Source: Guillardia theta CCMP2712
Taxonomy: Eukaryota > Protista > Cryptophyta
Assembly (NCBI RefSeq): GCF_000315625.1
Contig: NW_005434598.1
Location: 353,647 to 409,867, forward strand
Reading direction: 5' to 3'
Length of the DNA: 56,221 bases
The first letter of the stretch is position 1. Every line of letters begins with the position of its first letter. Below, in pieces: positions 1 to 15,094 of this stretch. The notes beneath the pieces are model-generated. The model was not told where the DNA came from, made no database searches, and saw only the letters and a list, made by a program, of their open reading frames with translations. Both the position numbers and the translations under genes were made by a program.

Positions 1-419
1 TCCTCCGTTCATTTCTTTTCTTTTTTAACTTGATCGGATATGTCTCCCTCCTTCTTCATACCTACCTTCCACGTCCAGGTTCCTCCGTACCTGACTCACT
101 CATGTCTCCATCATCTGCTCCATCGCTCCCCTCTCTCTACTTCAATATGCTACCCTCCTCCCCTCCTCTCTCCCTCCCTCCTGCTCACTCCCTCCCCTCC
201 TCTCTCCCTCCCTCCTGCTTCCCTCCCTCCCCTCCTCTCTCCCTCCCTCCCCTCCCTCTCCTCCCTCCTGCTTCCCTTCCGCCTGTCCTGGTCTGTCGCT
301 ACGAGTAACTGTTTCACTCTGTGATCGGCATTTTCAAACGGTTACACGGGAGTAACTGACCGTTACATTTCCTCAATTGTACGAGACCGTTGGGTACTCC
401 GCCGTTGCGAGGGGCCTAA

Positions 420-640
420 CCGATGAGTGGGATCGTGGTGAGGCAGGGGTGGGGTGGGGTTAGGGGGTGGTATGATAGAGAGACGGGTAGGGTAATATTA
501 ATAAGTTGGGTTGATGGTAAAAGAGAGGGTCATATAGTTGAAATTATGGGGTAGGGGTAGTAATGTGACTCAGGAGGTGGTGACCGGTGGGTATCATGGT
601 AACAGGGAAAGAGTGAGTGGGGTATCTGTTGGTCCGAACG
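420..640 (+). promoter_or_regulatory. GGGT-motif-dense block directly upstream of the dynein start
   Basis: Repeated GGGGT/GGGT motifs. Similar blocks precede other gene starts in the window. Confidence 0.35.
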
Positions 641-644
641 CGGC

Positions 645-3600
645 ATGGCGGACGGAGGGCATAAGCCGCCCGACAAGCGGCTGGAATGGTTCCAAGACCG
701 CATCCTTACAGCGTGAGTAGAGCGAAAGCATGCTCTTGTTGCTGAATCCTCGCGTATTCCCTGATGTGACGCTTGCCTGAAGAATCCTCTTGCCCTTCGT
801 TTGTCCTTTGAAATCCAGCAACTAGTCTCATTTTTTACTCCAGATGGGGACGGCTTACAAAACCTGACAAGGCGCAGAAATTGATTGAGACTGAAACAAC
901 ATCAAAAGCCTTGCAAACATATTGCGATTCTGACAGCAGAAGTATCTTCATCTATGAGCAAGAAGGTGATTTTGTAGCAAGTCAACTTGCTCCACAAAAC
1001 AGCAAATCGAAAAAGATTGTCTCTTTCATCAAGGAAGATGTTCCCATTCAAGACGCGAAAGTGATTTTATCTCGAACTCGATGCTCGTTACTCACCATCG
1101 TTGCAGGAAATGAACGAGAAGATTCAAATGATTGAATATCTTCCTGCTGATGGCATCCGTCAAATCATGTCCTTTTCTCAGTCAGTGTACTATCCACTCT
1201 TGACAAACCCTGCGAATCAAGAAGGATGGCCAGATGTCATTGCAAAGGAACTCACTGACAACTTGCACAACTTTCTTACGAACACGTACGTCACCTTGGG
1301 TCATATTTCTGGAGAGATACTCCTGCCTCTGCCTCCTGAAGAGGTCAACACTGTCTGCCTTTCTTTTTAGTAGCAATGAGCTTACACTCGTTGATGTTGC
1401 AGGTGTATGCAAACATGGAAAAGAACCAGCACGACAAGGATAGCGTGCACGTTCTCGAGACTTCTGTTGTGGCATGGACAAGGCAGATCAAGGACGTATT
1501 GCGCCAAGATTCAGAAACGGTTCTTTCAAGTGGAACACATCCGGGTCCATCGGCAGAGCTTGAGTTCTGGAACAAGAAGTCACAGAATTTGAATTCTATA
1601 CATGAGCAACTGAGCAGTGAGAAAGTCAAAAAGGTCTTGAAGATTCTAGAAGTCACAAAATCCACCTACTTCCCAGCATTCAACAGGCTATGCAAGGAAG
1701 TCGCTCAAGCGAGGATGGAGGCGAATGACAACAAACTCTTTTTGTCCTCGCTTGAACAATTCATCACCACGTATGACATGCGATATGTTCCCTGTTGCTC
1801 ACTGACACGTGTTTCAGTCTCAGCAACGAGGCTTTTGGGGAGATCAAAGATGTGTTCAAGCCCCTCATGCATACGATTTTATTGATTTGGAAGAATTCAA
1901 AGTTCTACAACACTCCTGCTCGACTTGTAGTCTTGATGCGGGAAATCTGCAACGATCTGATTCGCCAAGCTGGCATCTTTGTGAGTGGCGAACAGATTTT
2001 TGAAATGGAACCACAAGAGGCTGTGGAAGCGCTCAAGCTTTGCTTGAAAGTGTGCGTCACCTTCAAGAGCAACTACTTTGATTACAAAGCTCGAGCTAGT
2101 ACTGAATGCCCTTCGAATCCATGGAGATTCCAAAACAGTGCATTGTTTGCAAGGCTTGACAGCTTCCTGGAAAGGTGTCATGACGTCTTGGATCTGATGC
2201 AAACAATCGTTCAGGTAAAGCATTGTTATGCACACATATAGCAGTAACACTGTTGTTAGTTCAACAAATTGGAGAAGATAGAAGTTGGAGGTACGAAAGG
2301 AAAGTCATTGACAACGAGCGTCCAACAAATCTATGAGGAGTTTCTCCAGGCGACAACAACCTTCAAATCGGCGCAATATGATATCATGGATGTGGAGCAC
2401 AAGGAGTTTGACAATGACTTTTACAAATTTCGATCCATCATTAATGAGCTCGAAAGAAGACTTGGCGCTGTGATTGTTCAAGCATTCGATGACAGTAGTA
2501 CAATTCTCTGGTGCTTCAAATTGTTTGACTCGTTCGAGGTATTCCTGCCTTCATTTTGAAACTTGATGAATTATTGAAACTCCTTGTAGGGTCTGCTGGA
2601 GCGTGAGATTATCCTAACAGATTTGGAGAAGAAAAACACCGATCTGCTCAATGCGTATGCACAAGACTTGAAAGAAGTCCAAGAAATTTTCATCGCAGGA
2701 CGTGATGATCCCCCCATTCCGGACAATGCTCCACCCCACGCAGGTGCAGTTGCCTGGTGCAGAGGACTGGTGGAGCGTGTAGAAGAGCCTATGAACCGTC
2801 TCAAGGGACTGGGCAAGTCCATACTCGAGAGCGAGGAAGGTAAAGAAGTCGTTCGAGCCAACGCGGCTATCCTAGCAAGCCTCAGGGAATTTGAGAAAAT
2901 GCATGTAGATACGTGGTGTCAGGAGCAAGAAAGCACCGGCGCTGAAAAGTTGAAACACAACCTTCTCAGAAGAGAAGAAAATGGACCTTTTCCATTCCTG
3001 CGGGTCAATTTCGATCCTGGCCTGGTTTGCCTCTTGAGAGAAGTGAAGTACTTTCTGATGCTCAAGATTGATGTGCCAGAATCTGCCATGAACATCTTTG
3101 TGAAGCATGAAACCTACAGGCAGCAGACAGGAAATCTGGACTTGATCGTCAACATATACAATCAAATGCTTTCTACCTTTTTGGATGTTGAACGGCCATT
3201 GTTACAAGCTAAGATGGATGATATAGACAAATTTCTGCAGAAGGGCCTCAAGCATTTGAATTGGAAAAGTCATGCGATCAACGAATTCATTTCAAATACA
3301 ATGACGAAGGTCAAGGAAGCCAACACGATTTTGCAGACAATCAAAGGAAATGTCAAAAAGACGCAAGCTGTGCTAAAGTCGTTCACGGACCCTTTGATGA
3401 TCGATAGGAACCCGACGAAAACCTACTCGATTGAGCAGTGCCAAGAGATGTTCAAGAAGACAATACATTCTCGGTACACAGTAGTACAAAAAGGTGGTGA
3501 GTCAATCCATGAGCACCTTGATAATAGCAACAAAATCTTGAAGGTCACAAAGGCCAATGACAATTGGAGAAGATATGTCGATTATGTCAATCAGATCGTC

Positions 3601-6600
3601 ATTGAAGGGTTATGCCAAGTCTCCCTCGCATCTGCAAGGTATCTTCGGAGTCAGATTGATGAAGTGTATGTAATCAACAACGAAATCAATCCCTTGCTTG
3701 AAATTCAACTGAAATTAGCCCCTCCAAATGCTATTTTCACTCCCATGATGGGTAGAACGTCAAATGGTGATGGACTGAGAGACGTCGTTGAGGGGTGGCT
3801 GACGTCATTCGTGAATGTCTCAACACTGGTCAATCGTATCGACACCACGGACGAGGACGGAGATTATCTGGCCGACATGCAAGAGGACATTGCTGTCAAG
3901 CATATTGTCGCGTCGATAAATAGATTGATAACTCACGGTGAGAAAAAATGTGAAGAATTCAGACAACAATTCATGGCTTATTCCTATCTCTGGACCGACG
4001 ACATCGTTGAATCTTTTAACCAGTGGAAAGCTCAGAATTCGAATGAAGATCCCGAAGCTCTAGATAAGGACCCGAGCCTTTCCACGTTTGATGAGCAGAT
4101 TTTAAAGTACAAAGCACTTGAAGAGGAAATCAGAGAGCTGCCGGCAACCAAAGTCATCGGATGGTTGAAGATAGATTCAAAGCCCATCAAGAACGCCTTG
4201 GGAACTTGGGTTTCCAAATGGACCTATCAATATCAAAATTATCTGTTGGACAAGGTGAACAAGAGTATCCACGACTTGGACACTTTTGTGCATCAAACTG
4301 ATGCAGCCCTGGACACAGAGGTGTCGGACACTGATAGAGAAGCTATGTTGGCTGTGATGGGATATCTGAGAGACGTGAGAAAGCGAACAGAAGGGACTGA
4401 TGCCATGTTTGATCCCTTGAAACAGACTGTCTCTCTGCTGGCAAAGCATTCCATTCAAACTCCCGAAGAAACACTCAAATTGCTGGAAGAGACACCGCTC
4501 TCATGGAATAACCTCAAGAAGAAGGCTGTTGTCACAAAGGAAAAACAAGCAAAGAATCAGAGTCGTGAAGCTGACAAGTTGAAGAAAGAAGGAAAGGAAT
4601 TTGAGGACAGGGTTCAGTCGTTCTTTCAGGCGTTCCGTAAGCACATGCCGTTTGAATATCAAGACAATTACAATGCAGCGTACGCAATGATAGATGCTGT
4701 TCACCATGGGCCGAATGATTTGACCATCACTTACGAAGATGGGCGAACAGCACCGCTTACATCTGTCTCCGAGATGAGAGGACTTGCTAAATCGTTGAAT
4801 GAGTTGCAGGAACTCTTTGAGCTCTACGTGATTGAATACCGAGAGATCAATCAATGTGAAAAGGATTCCGTTCAACTGAAGCGAGTTTGGGATGTCATTT
4901 GTATGGTACAGACAATCTATTCGGAATGGAGGAAAACAAAATGGGACGATATCAACGTGGAAAATTTGCAGGAAGAGAACAAAAAGCTTCAAAAGGAGGT
5001 CAAAGCCTGTGACAAGATGGTCAAGAATTGGCCTTGTTACAAGGGGCTGGAAGATGCTGTGAAGAATATGGGGACCTCACTTCCTCTCGTGGAAGAGTTG
5101 CACCATCCAGCAATGAGGGAGCGACACTGGAATCAATTGATGAAGACGTGTGGGGTTCAATTCAAGATGGATGACTCTTTCACTTTCGGTGGTATGCTTG
5201 ACCTCGAGCTGCATAGATTCGAAGATGACGTACTCGAAATAGTCGATCGCGCTCAAAAGGAGTTGACAATTGAAAAACAGTTGCAAAAGCTGTCTGAAAC
5301 ATGGAAAAACCAGAATTTGTCGTTTCCACCGGATAGTGAAAATGCGGATTTGTTCTTGCTTTCAGTTGATGAGACTGTCATGGAAGCACTTGAAGATAAT
5401 TCGCTACAACTTCAAAATCTTCAGAGCTCTAAGTATGTACAGGGCAATCCAGAATTCAAGGAAAAGGTTAGTAATTGGCAAAAGAAACTTGGAATGGTCG
5501 ACGTAGTTCTATCAACATGGAAAGAAGTTCAGGGCAAATGGCAAAATCTTCAATCAATCTTCATTGGATCTGCAGACATTCGTGTTCAGCTACCTGAAGA
5601 TTCCAAAAGATTTGATAGCGTTGATGCGCAATGGAAGGATCTCATGAAGGAAGCAGTGAATGAGGTAAATGCTGTGAACGCTTGCAACATCGAAGGCAGA
5701 TTGGAAAACATAGAGGGAATGCTTTCTAACTTGGAAAAATGTGAGAAATCTCTTGCAGATTATCTGGAAACAAAGAGGGTAGCATACCCAAGATTTTACT
5801 TTGTTGCATCTGCAGATCTTCTTGATATTTTGAGTAAGGGAAGCAACCCTCAACTGATCCTGAAACATCTTCCGAAGTGTTTTGATAACATCAAGACCCT
5901 AGAATTTCAAAAGGACAAGGAAGGAGTTCCAACAAAAACTGCGATTGGAATGTATTCGGGAGAGGGAGAGTATGTGCCATGGAATAATAGCTTCGTCTGT
6001 GAGGGAGCTGTCGAGATCTGGCTGTTCAACCTCACCAACCATACGCACGATGCGTTGAAGTTGAGAATGCAAGAATGCGTCAGCGCGTTCGATGAGAAAC
6101 CGAGACACGAATTCATCTTTGACTGGTGTGCAGAGCTTGTCCAAGTGGTCTGCCGTATCGTCTATACCGAAGACGTTAACTGGAGTTTTGATCAGCTGGA
6201 AGAAGGCAATGAAAATGCTCTCAGAGACTACAACAAAAAACAGATTGACATTTTGACTAAGTATGCTGAACTTATCTTGACTGATTTGACATCGAATGAT
6301 CGCAAGAAGATTATCATGCTCATGACCTTGGATGTGCATGCACGTGATGTGGTTATTGGTTTGATTGATTCCAAAGCTGAAACCAAAGAAGCATTTGCGT
6401 GGATGTCGCAGCTGAAGTTCCACATGGATGAAAAAATCAATGTGGTGAGGATTGAGATCTGTGACTATGTCACTTATTTCGGCTACGAGTATACCGGAAA
6501 TTGTGGTTGCCTCGTTGTCACTCCTCTGACGGACAGATGTTACATCACTCTGACTCAAGCAATGCGCCTCATCTTGGGTGGCGCTCCAGCTGGTCCTGCA

Positions 6601-9600
6601 GGAACAGGAAAGACAGAGACTACCAAGGATTTGGGAAGAGCCTTGGGAGTTATGGTCTACGTCTTTAACTGTTCGGATCAAATGGACTACAAGTCCATGG
6701 GTCAAATCTTCAAAGGCTTGTCACAAGCTGGAGCATGGGGATGCTTCGATGAGTTCAACAGGTATGGTAGCAGAGGGTTGTAGGGAGAATGACTTCTTGA
6801 TGCAGGATCGACATTTCCGTTTTGTCAGTCGTTTCTACTCAGTACAAGACGATACTCGATGCGATCAGATCCAAGAAACCTCGATTCATTTTTGAAGAGG
6901 AAGATATCGTCTTGAATGACTCGCCCTACTGCTGTGCATTCATTACCATGGTGAGTCACAGGAATTACATCCCGTTTTATATCATCTACGCTTCTCTCTC
7001 TCACCAAAACTGACTTTCTTTTTTCAGAATCCAGGTTATGCGGGAAGAACTGAGTTGCCAGAAAGCGTCAAGGCATTGTTTAGACCTTGTGCCATGATCG
7101 TTCCCGATATGGACTTAATTTGCGAAATCATGTTAATGTCTGAAGGATATTCTGAGGGCAAAATTTTGGCCAGAAAGTTCATGATGTTATACAGGTTAAG
7201 TGAGGCATTACTTTCCGCTCAAATGCATTATGACTGGAAGTTGAGGGCTGTCAAAACCACTCTCAACGTTGCTGGTGGAATGCGAAGAGCTGACAGGAAC
7301 AATTCGGAAGATCGTGTTCTACTTCGCGCGTTGAGGGACTTCAACTTGGGGAAACTTGTCGCAGACGATGTTGGGATATTCGTGGGTATGATCGACGATC
7401 TGTTCCCCAAACAAAGAGAGCACGTTGTGAGAGCAAGGGAGATGGACTTTGAAGAGAAGATCGTAGAGGCTGCAAAGGCATTGATGCTGCAGGCCGAGAA
7501 TGTTTTCGTGCTCAAAGTTTCGCAGCTCCGAGAAATCGCTTTTGTTCGTTGGTCTGTCTTTGTGCTGGGTCCAGCTGGTTGTGGAAAGTCTGAAATGATC
7601 AAGACGTTAGCTAAAGCCCAAAACTTATTCGGAGAGAAGGCCACTATCAATGTCTTGAACCCGAAGTCTGTTACCCGAAACGAGTTGTATGGATACATTC
7701 ATCCTGTTACGAGAGAATGGAAAGACGGGTTGCTTTCGCAAATTTTTCGAGATTTAGCGAACACGTTCACCTGCAAATCTGAGTATCTTGTGCTTGATGG
7801 AGACATAGATGCGGAATGGATCGAATCAATGAACACTGTGATGGATGACAACAAGACCTTGACTCTGGCTAGCAATGAAAGGATTCCTTTGACCCCACCC
7901 ATGCGTCTCCTGCTTGAGATTGAAAACATGAGGGAAGCTTCTCCAGCCACAGTCTCTCGAGGTGGAGTCATCTTCATGAACGACACTGACGTAGGATGGA
8001 ATCCTTTCGTCGCCAGTTGGATAGCAAACCGTGAGTATGAAACAGAGAGGACCATGTTGCAAAAGTTGTTTGATACCTACGTTGCGAAATGCTTCGAGTG
8101 GATGCGTAAGAATTGCTCAACGATAGTTCCATTACCTGAGATTTGCCGGGTGCAACATCTCTGTTATATCTTGGAAGGAATCCTTGGAAACGGAGACACG
8201 TTTGCTGGACAATGCAAATCTATGGGTCAGGAGTCAGCGTTTCAACTCCTTGAGTCCTACTTTGTTTTCGGAGCCATGTGGGCGATAGGAGGAGCAACTT
8301 TCACTGACAAGCAAGTGGACCACAGGAAGAATTTCGACAGATGGTGGAGGGATGAGTTCAAGACCATTCGATTTCCAGAGGATGGAAGCATCTTTGACTA
8401 CTGTGTTAGTGAGGAACTTTTTCCTTTGAAGCTTGAGAACGAGATATACACAAGCCCATTCATTCAATGGACTTCCAAGGTAACAGAATACAATCATGAC
8501 CCTACACTTGTCTTCGGCAACATTTATGTTGCCACGATGGAGACGCAGCGACTTAGTTACTTGCTGCAGCTGCTGCTTCCGAACAGACACGCTTGTATGT
8601 TTGTAGGTGGAGCAGGAACAGGCAAGACAACGATAATGAATGACTATCTGCGAGGAATGGACACGGAAAATTATACGTATATGAACATTAACCTGAATTG
8701 TTTCACAGATTCGATGTTATTGCAGAGCGCAATGGAATCTGTGCTTGAAAAGAAGACTGGACGTACCTTTGGTCCAGTTGGAACCAAGAAGATGGTGTAT
8801 TTCATTGATGATATCAACATGCCTCAAGTAGACAAATATGGCACACAGCAGCCTATTGCTCTTCTACGCCAGTTGTTCGATTATGATGGATGGTATTCTC
8901 GTGACAAATTGACCTGGCGAGACATTCAAAACGTTCAATTCGTGTCCTGCCTGAACCCCACTGCTGGTTCGTTTTACATCGATCCACGTCTACAGAGATC
9001 CTACTGCACCTACTCGGTGCAGATGCCTTCAGCAGAAAGCCTTCAGTACATCTTTAGCAGCATTCTGTCGGGACATTTCAAGTCATTTTCACCAGACGTT
9101 CAATCCAAATGCAATGATATCACGAAAGCATCCATCGAGTTGCTGACATTGGTTGCCAACACGTTCTTTCCCACAGCCGTCAAGTTCCATTACATCTTCA
9201 ATCTTCGTGATGTTGGCAACATCTTCGAAGGCTTACTACGATCAGACGCTAAGTACATGAACAATGCCTTTCAGGTAGTCAGACTGTGGCTTCATGAATC
9301 GGAGCGTGTTTTTGCCGACCGCATGATTGTGGAGGAGGATGTGAACAAGTTCTTTGAAATGCAAAGTAATGTCACCAAGAAGTATTTTGAAAGTCTCGGA
9401 ATGGAGAAGCTGATGGCAAAGCCCAACATCTTCACCACGTTTACAACCCCTGGAGAAAGTGATGATTATCGGCCCTATTGCCCCATCGACAATGAAGACA
9501 AGTTATCAAGCATTATGCAGGACAAGCTCAAGGAGTACAATGAAACAAACGCCGTCATGGATCTCGTTCTCTTCACCATGGCTATCGAACATGTTTGCAG

Positions 9601-12600
9601 AACCACAAGAGTGATTGATAAGCCAAGAGGAAACGCTCTGTTGGTTGGCGTTGGCGGCAGCGGAAAGCAGAGTCTTTCCAAACTGAGCGCATTCATTTGC
9701 GGATACGAATTCTTTCAGATAACGGTTACCGCAGCATACGGAATGAACGACTTTCGTGACAACCTGATCTACCTTTATACTCGAGCTGCCTGCAAGTCGA
9801 TAGGAACTTGCTTCATCCTCACAGATGGACAGATCGTGAACGAAAGGATGATGGTTTTTCTCAACGACATGTTGGCTTCAGGGAATATTCCCGACGTTTT
9901 CACCAAGGATGTGAAAGACGAATTCATCAACTCTGTCCGTAATGACGCAAAGCAAGCTGGAGTAATGGAAACGCCTGAAAATTTGTGGGAATTTTTTATC
10001 GAGAAGAGTCGCAAGTATTTACATCTATGCCTATGTTTCTCACCGGTAAGTTTTCATTTGCAACTTTCTTGTCTAATATAACACTGTTGACAGGTTGGAG
10101 ACAAGTTCCGTGTAAGAGCGCGACAATTCCCGGCGTTGATTAATTGCACGACCTTTGACTACTTTCATCCATGGCCAGAGGAAGCCCTTGTGTCAGTTGC
10201 AAATCGATTTGTGAAGGGTGTCGATGGTATCCAACCCGAGGATACAGACAAGGTCGCCAAGCACATGGCATATGTCCACCTCAATGTCAACATCAAGTCA
10301 GAAGAATACTTGGCAAGTGAGCGGAGGTACAACTACACTACACCCAAAAGCTTCCTTGACCTCATCTCGCTGTATAAATTCATGCTGAACGACAAGAAAG
10401 AAAAGATTCACGTCTTGAAAGATCGCTTGGAGAATGGCCTTGAGAAGATGAATTCAGCTGCAGAGCAAGTGGCTGAGCTGCAAGAGAACCTGATCAAGGA
10501 CATGGCTTTGGTGGAAGAAAAGAAGACGTCTACGAACGAACTGCTGCAAGTAGTGGCTCAAGAAACGAACTCAGCGGGTGAGCAAAAGGCTATCGCAACC
10601 GAGGAGGAGAAGAAGTGTGCCAAGATCGCAGAAGAAGTGACAGCATTTCAAGCCGAATGCGAGAAAGACATGGCAGCTGCTGAGCCCATCATTCAAGCCG
10701 CCATCGAGGCTCTCAACTCGTTGGACAAGAAGTCTCTCACTGAACTGAAGGCCCTGGCATCTCCTCCAGCAGGAGTCGACGACGTGACAGCAGGTGATAT
10801 GCCTTGAGATGTGTTGCTTGATGGTAGTGACGTGGCTTCCAGGTGTGATGGTCTTGATGGGTGGGGGTAAGATCCCTAAAGATGTCTCCTGGGGTGCAGC
10901 GAAGAAGTTGATGGGCAACGTCGATCAGTTCTTGTCGGCCTTGATCAACTTTGACAAAGACAACACCCCTGTCGTTGCCTGTGAGTGGATCGAGAAGAAT
11001 CTGTTCTCAAAACCTACCTTCAACGTGGAGACTATGAAATCGAAATCGTCTGCTGCTGCTGGAATGTGTGGATGGGTGATCAACATTGTGAAATATTACA
11101 GGATCTACGAAGTTGTTGAACCAAAAAGACAACTGCTGAGTGAGGCCAATACCAAGCTCGAAGATGCAAATACAAAACTCGCTGCCGTCCGCGAGCATGT
11201 CGCTGGCCTGGAAGCAAAACTTCAAGAACTGAACGATCAATTCGAGGCTGCGACTCAAGAAAAGAATGAAGCCATTGCTGCTGCTGAGAAGACTCAGCGA
11301 AAAGCTGACTTGGCTACCAGGCTCGTGAATGGTCTGGCTGATGAAAATGTCAGGTGGACTGAGGCAGTAAAGTCTTTCGATCAACAAGAAGCGCAGTTTG
11401 TTGGAGATGTGCTCATTGCGTCTGCATTTGTTTCATACATTGGAGCATTCAACGCTAAGTTTCGAAGTGCGCTAGTGGACGATATATGGCTGCCTGACAT
11501 GATAGCCAAGGAGATTCCGATGACAGCAGGCATTCACCCACTCAACATATTGTGTGATGACTCAGATGTAGCTCGGTGGAACGGTGAAGGGCTTCCGGCA
11601 GACACGATCTCTATCCAGAACGGCGCAATCATAGCCAACTGCAAGCGCTGGCCGCTGCTCATCGACCCACAGATCCAGGGAATCAAGTGGATCAAACGGA
11701 AGCACACCGAAGTCATCCATGAGCAGAAGCCAGAGGACTGGGACGAGGAGAAAGAGTTCGTTCCTGATCCTGCCAAGTCCACAGTGAGGGAGATGAAATG
11801 CATTCAACTGACGCAGGCCAAATATCTGAGTCAGGTAGAGGTCGCCATTCAGAATGGAGAGGCCATCATGATTGAGAACATCCGCGAGGAGATCGATGCT
11901 GTGCTGGACCCTGTCTTGATGAGAGCTACCATCCGCCGTGGCCGTGCTCTGCTCATCAAACTTGGAGACAAGGAGGTGGAGTACGACCCTAACTTCAAGT
12001 TGTACATCCAGACAAAGCTGAGCAACCCGCATTACAAACCAGAAATCGCTGCTCAAACGACTTTGATCAATTTCATGATAACATCGGATGGATTAGAGGA
12101 GCAGCTGCTTGGAATGGTTGTGAACAAAGAAAGGCCTGACTTGGAAGAGCAGAAGACGATGTTGATCGAGCAGCAGAACAGCTTCAAGCTCATGCTGAAG
12201 GAGTTGGAGGACGAGTTGCTCTATCGTCTCAGCACTTCACAAGGGGACATCCTGGAGGACATCGAGTTGATTGAGGGCCTTGAGAAGGCTAAAGTCACGG
12301 CCACTGAGATTCAAGCCAAACAGAAGGTGGCGAAAGAGACAGAGGTGGTGATAGCGAATGCGCGCAAGGCATACATTCCTGTGGCTGTACGGGGTGCCTT
12401 GACCTATTTCCTGATAGACCAGCTGTGGGTGCTCGATCACATGTATCGCTTCTCTATGGCCAATTTCGTTACCATCTTCAAGAAAGGGATGGATGCTGCA
12501 GACCAAGAAGGCGCATCAGAAGAGAATGCCGAAGGCAATGAAGAATCAGCCAAGACCAACCTGACTGACAGGGTCAACAAGTTGATAGACTCCTCCTGCT

Positions 12601-14952
12601 ATCAATGCTTCTCTTATGTATCTCAGGTAAGAGATGACTTGAGAGGGGTTCGAGAGATTGATTTGTTTGCAGGGCCTCTTTGAGCGTCATAAGTTGGTGT
12701 TTGCATGCCAGCTTTGCTTCCAGATCCTTGCAAGATCAGGAGATCTGATCCCAGAGATGTTTGAGTTTCTCATCAAGGCGCCAAGAGCGTCGGGGATAGA
12801 CAACCCCCTCAACGAGTGGCTCGATGATGCGTCGTGGCTGACTTGCAACTCGTTGAAAAACTTTGAGGTGTTCGAGAAGTTTCCGGACGACCTGGTGGGA
12901 TCGTCAAAGCGATTTCGGGAATGGTTTGAGCTGGAGAGGCCGGAGGAGCAGGCGCTGCCGGGAGACTGGCGCAAACTGCCAGAATTCGAGAAGCTGCTGA
13001 TCATCAGGGCTCTGAGAACAGATCGAATGAGCGAGGCTCTCACGTCGTTTGTCAAGAACATCATGGGAGCCAAGTATGTGACATCGCAAGCCTTCAGCCT
13101 GGAGAAGTCCTACTCGGACGTGTCACCCCAAACCCCTGTAAGAGAGTGCTCTCTTCGCCTGCTTCCCCCTTGTCAGCTGAAGGCATTCGTCTGATGTTTT
13201 GTGCAGGTATTCTTCATCCTCTCTCCTGGGGTAGATCCCGTCAAAGACACGGAGAAGCTGGGAAAGCAATACGGGATCGCGTTTGACAACGGGAACTTCT
13301 CCTTGGTCTCGCTGGGTCAGGGGCAAGAGCCCGTGGCAGAGAGGGCCGTTGAGAGCTCCTTCAAGAATGGAGGATGGGCGTTCTTGCAGAACATTCACCT
13401 GACTCCCAAGTGGACGGGAGGATACTTGGAGAAGAGATGCGACGACCTCGAAGGTGCTCATGACGACTTCAGGATGTTTCTATCCGCTGAGCCAGCCAAA
13501 CTCCCTATCAACATTCTGCAAGTGTGTGTGAAGTTGACCAACGAGCCACCGGAGGGGTTGGGTCCCAACCTCAGGAAGAACTGGCTTCCGTTCTCTGACG
13601 ACTTCTTTGAGTCCAGCGCAAAACCTGGTGAACTGAAGTCGATCACCTTTGCGCTTTGCTTGTTTCATGCGGTCGCCATTGAGCGCAAGAAGTTTGGACC
13701 GCAAGGCTGGAACAGAGTTTATCCGTTCAACTTCGGTGACTTGACGAGCTGTGCACAAGTAGCGATGAACTACCTTGAAACCAACACCAAGGTTCCCTGG
13801 GACGACTTGAGGTACATCTTCGGTGAGATCATGTACGGCGGGCACGTCACAGATCACTTTGACCGCCGCCTGGTCACCACCTACCTCATGGGCTACATGC
13901 ACGACGACTTGCTCGAAGGCTTCCAGATCTTCCCAGGGTTTCAGACGCCTCAGAACTCAGGGAACGCCAAGGACATCCTGGAGCACATCGACACGACGTT
14001 CCCTCAAGAGTCGCCGACAGCCTTCGGCCTTCATCCCAACGCAGAGATCGGGTTCCGGCTGATGCAGGCGGAGACCATGTTCAGGAACGTGCAGGAGCTG
14101 CAGCCTCGCGGGTCCGCCGGGATGGGCGGACTGTCTCTGACTGAGAAAGCCAAGATGCAGCTGGACGACATCGTGGAGAAGCTGCCCGACTCCTTTGAGA
14201 TCGTGGAGATCTTGGAGCGAGTAGAGGAGCGGACCCCGTACGTGAACGTGTTCCTGCAAGAGATCGAGAGGATGCAGACGTTGATCCAGAAGATGAAGAG
14301 CTCGCTGCAGGAGCTCGACCTCGGTCTGCGCGGGGACCTTCAAATCACTGAGAACATGGAGAGCTTGATGTCTGCGCTAGCCAACGGAGTGAGGCCCTCA
14401 GGTTGGGATAAATACGGCTACCCATCCAAGAGAGTCCTAGGGACGTGGATCCTTGACCTCCTTGCAAGACAGAAACAGTTGTCAGACTGGACTGGAGACA
14501 TGAGTCTGCCCAAGTCGACTTGGATCTCTGGACTGTTCAACCCTCAGTCATTCCTGACGTCAGTGATGCAAACGACCGCAAGAAAGAATGACTGGCCCCT
14601 CGACAAGACTGTCACTCAAACCGAAGTGACCAAGAAGACAGCTGAGGAAATCAACGCCGCCAGCAAAGACGGAGCGTTCGTGCATGGTCTCTTCATGGAA
14701 GGAGCACGATGGGACGATAAGTCAGGGACCATCGAAGAGTCTCGCCCCAAGGAGTTGTTCGCTAAGATGCCCGTCATCCTCATCAAAGCTGCCATGTTCA
14801 CGGGGGTAGAGCCCAAGGATACCTACCTCTGCCCTGTCTACAAGACTCAAGACAGAGGCCCCACCTTTGTCTTCAATGCCGGCCTGCGCACAAAGTCTCC
14901 TCCTTCCAAGTGGATCCTCGGAGGCGTCGGCCTGCTCATGGATGTTGCCTGA
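645..14952 (+). CDS. Axonemal dynein heavy chain, outer-arm beta-like (DNAH9/11/17, ODA4 class); multi-exon
   Basis: Consecutive + strand ORFs are joined by short GT-AG introns. All four P-loops are present: GPAGTGKTETTKDLGRALG (~6590), GPAGCGKS (~7570), GGAGTGKT (~8605), GVGGSGKQS (~9645). A stalk coiled coil with MTBD, RWPLLIDPQ and the C-terminal CPVYKT..R...W...GV end follow. The first exon MADGGHKPPDKRLEWFQDRILTA (645-712) splices in frame to 844. Confidence 0.97.
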
Positions 14953-15094
14953 GTCAAGTAGTCACGGTCTCCTTCCGAAGTCCTTTCATAGTCAGTCATT
15001 CATAAACGTTCAAGAAACTGACATCGTTAGTAGTCTTTGTCATACTCTCATTCTCACTTCCTTCTTGAGTTCCCCTTGTTCATGACCGCTGCTC

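Noticed and set aside
2872-14816. Many antisense and alternate-frame ORFs over dynein
   Set aside because: They are shadow ORFs of a long coding region with no independent motifs.
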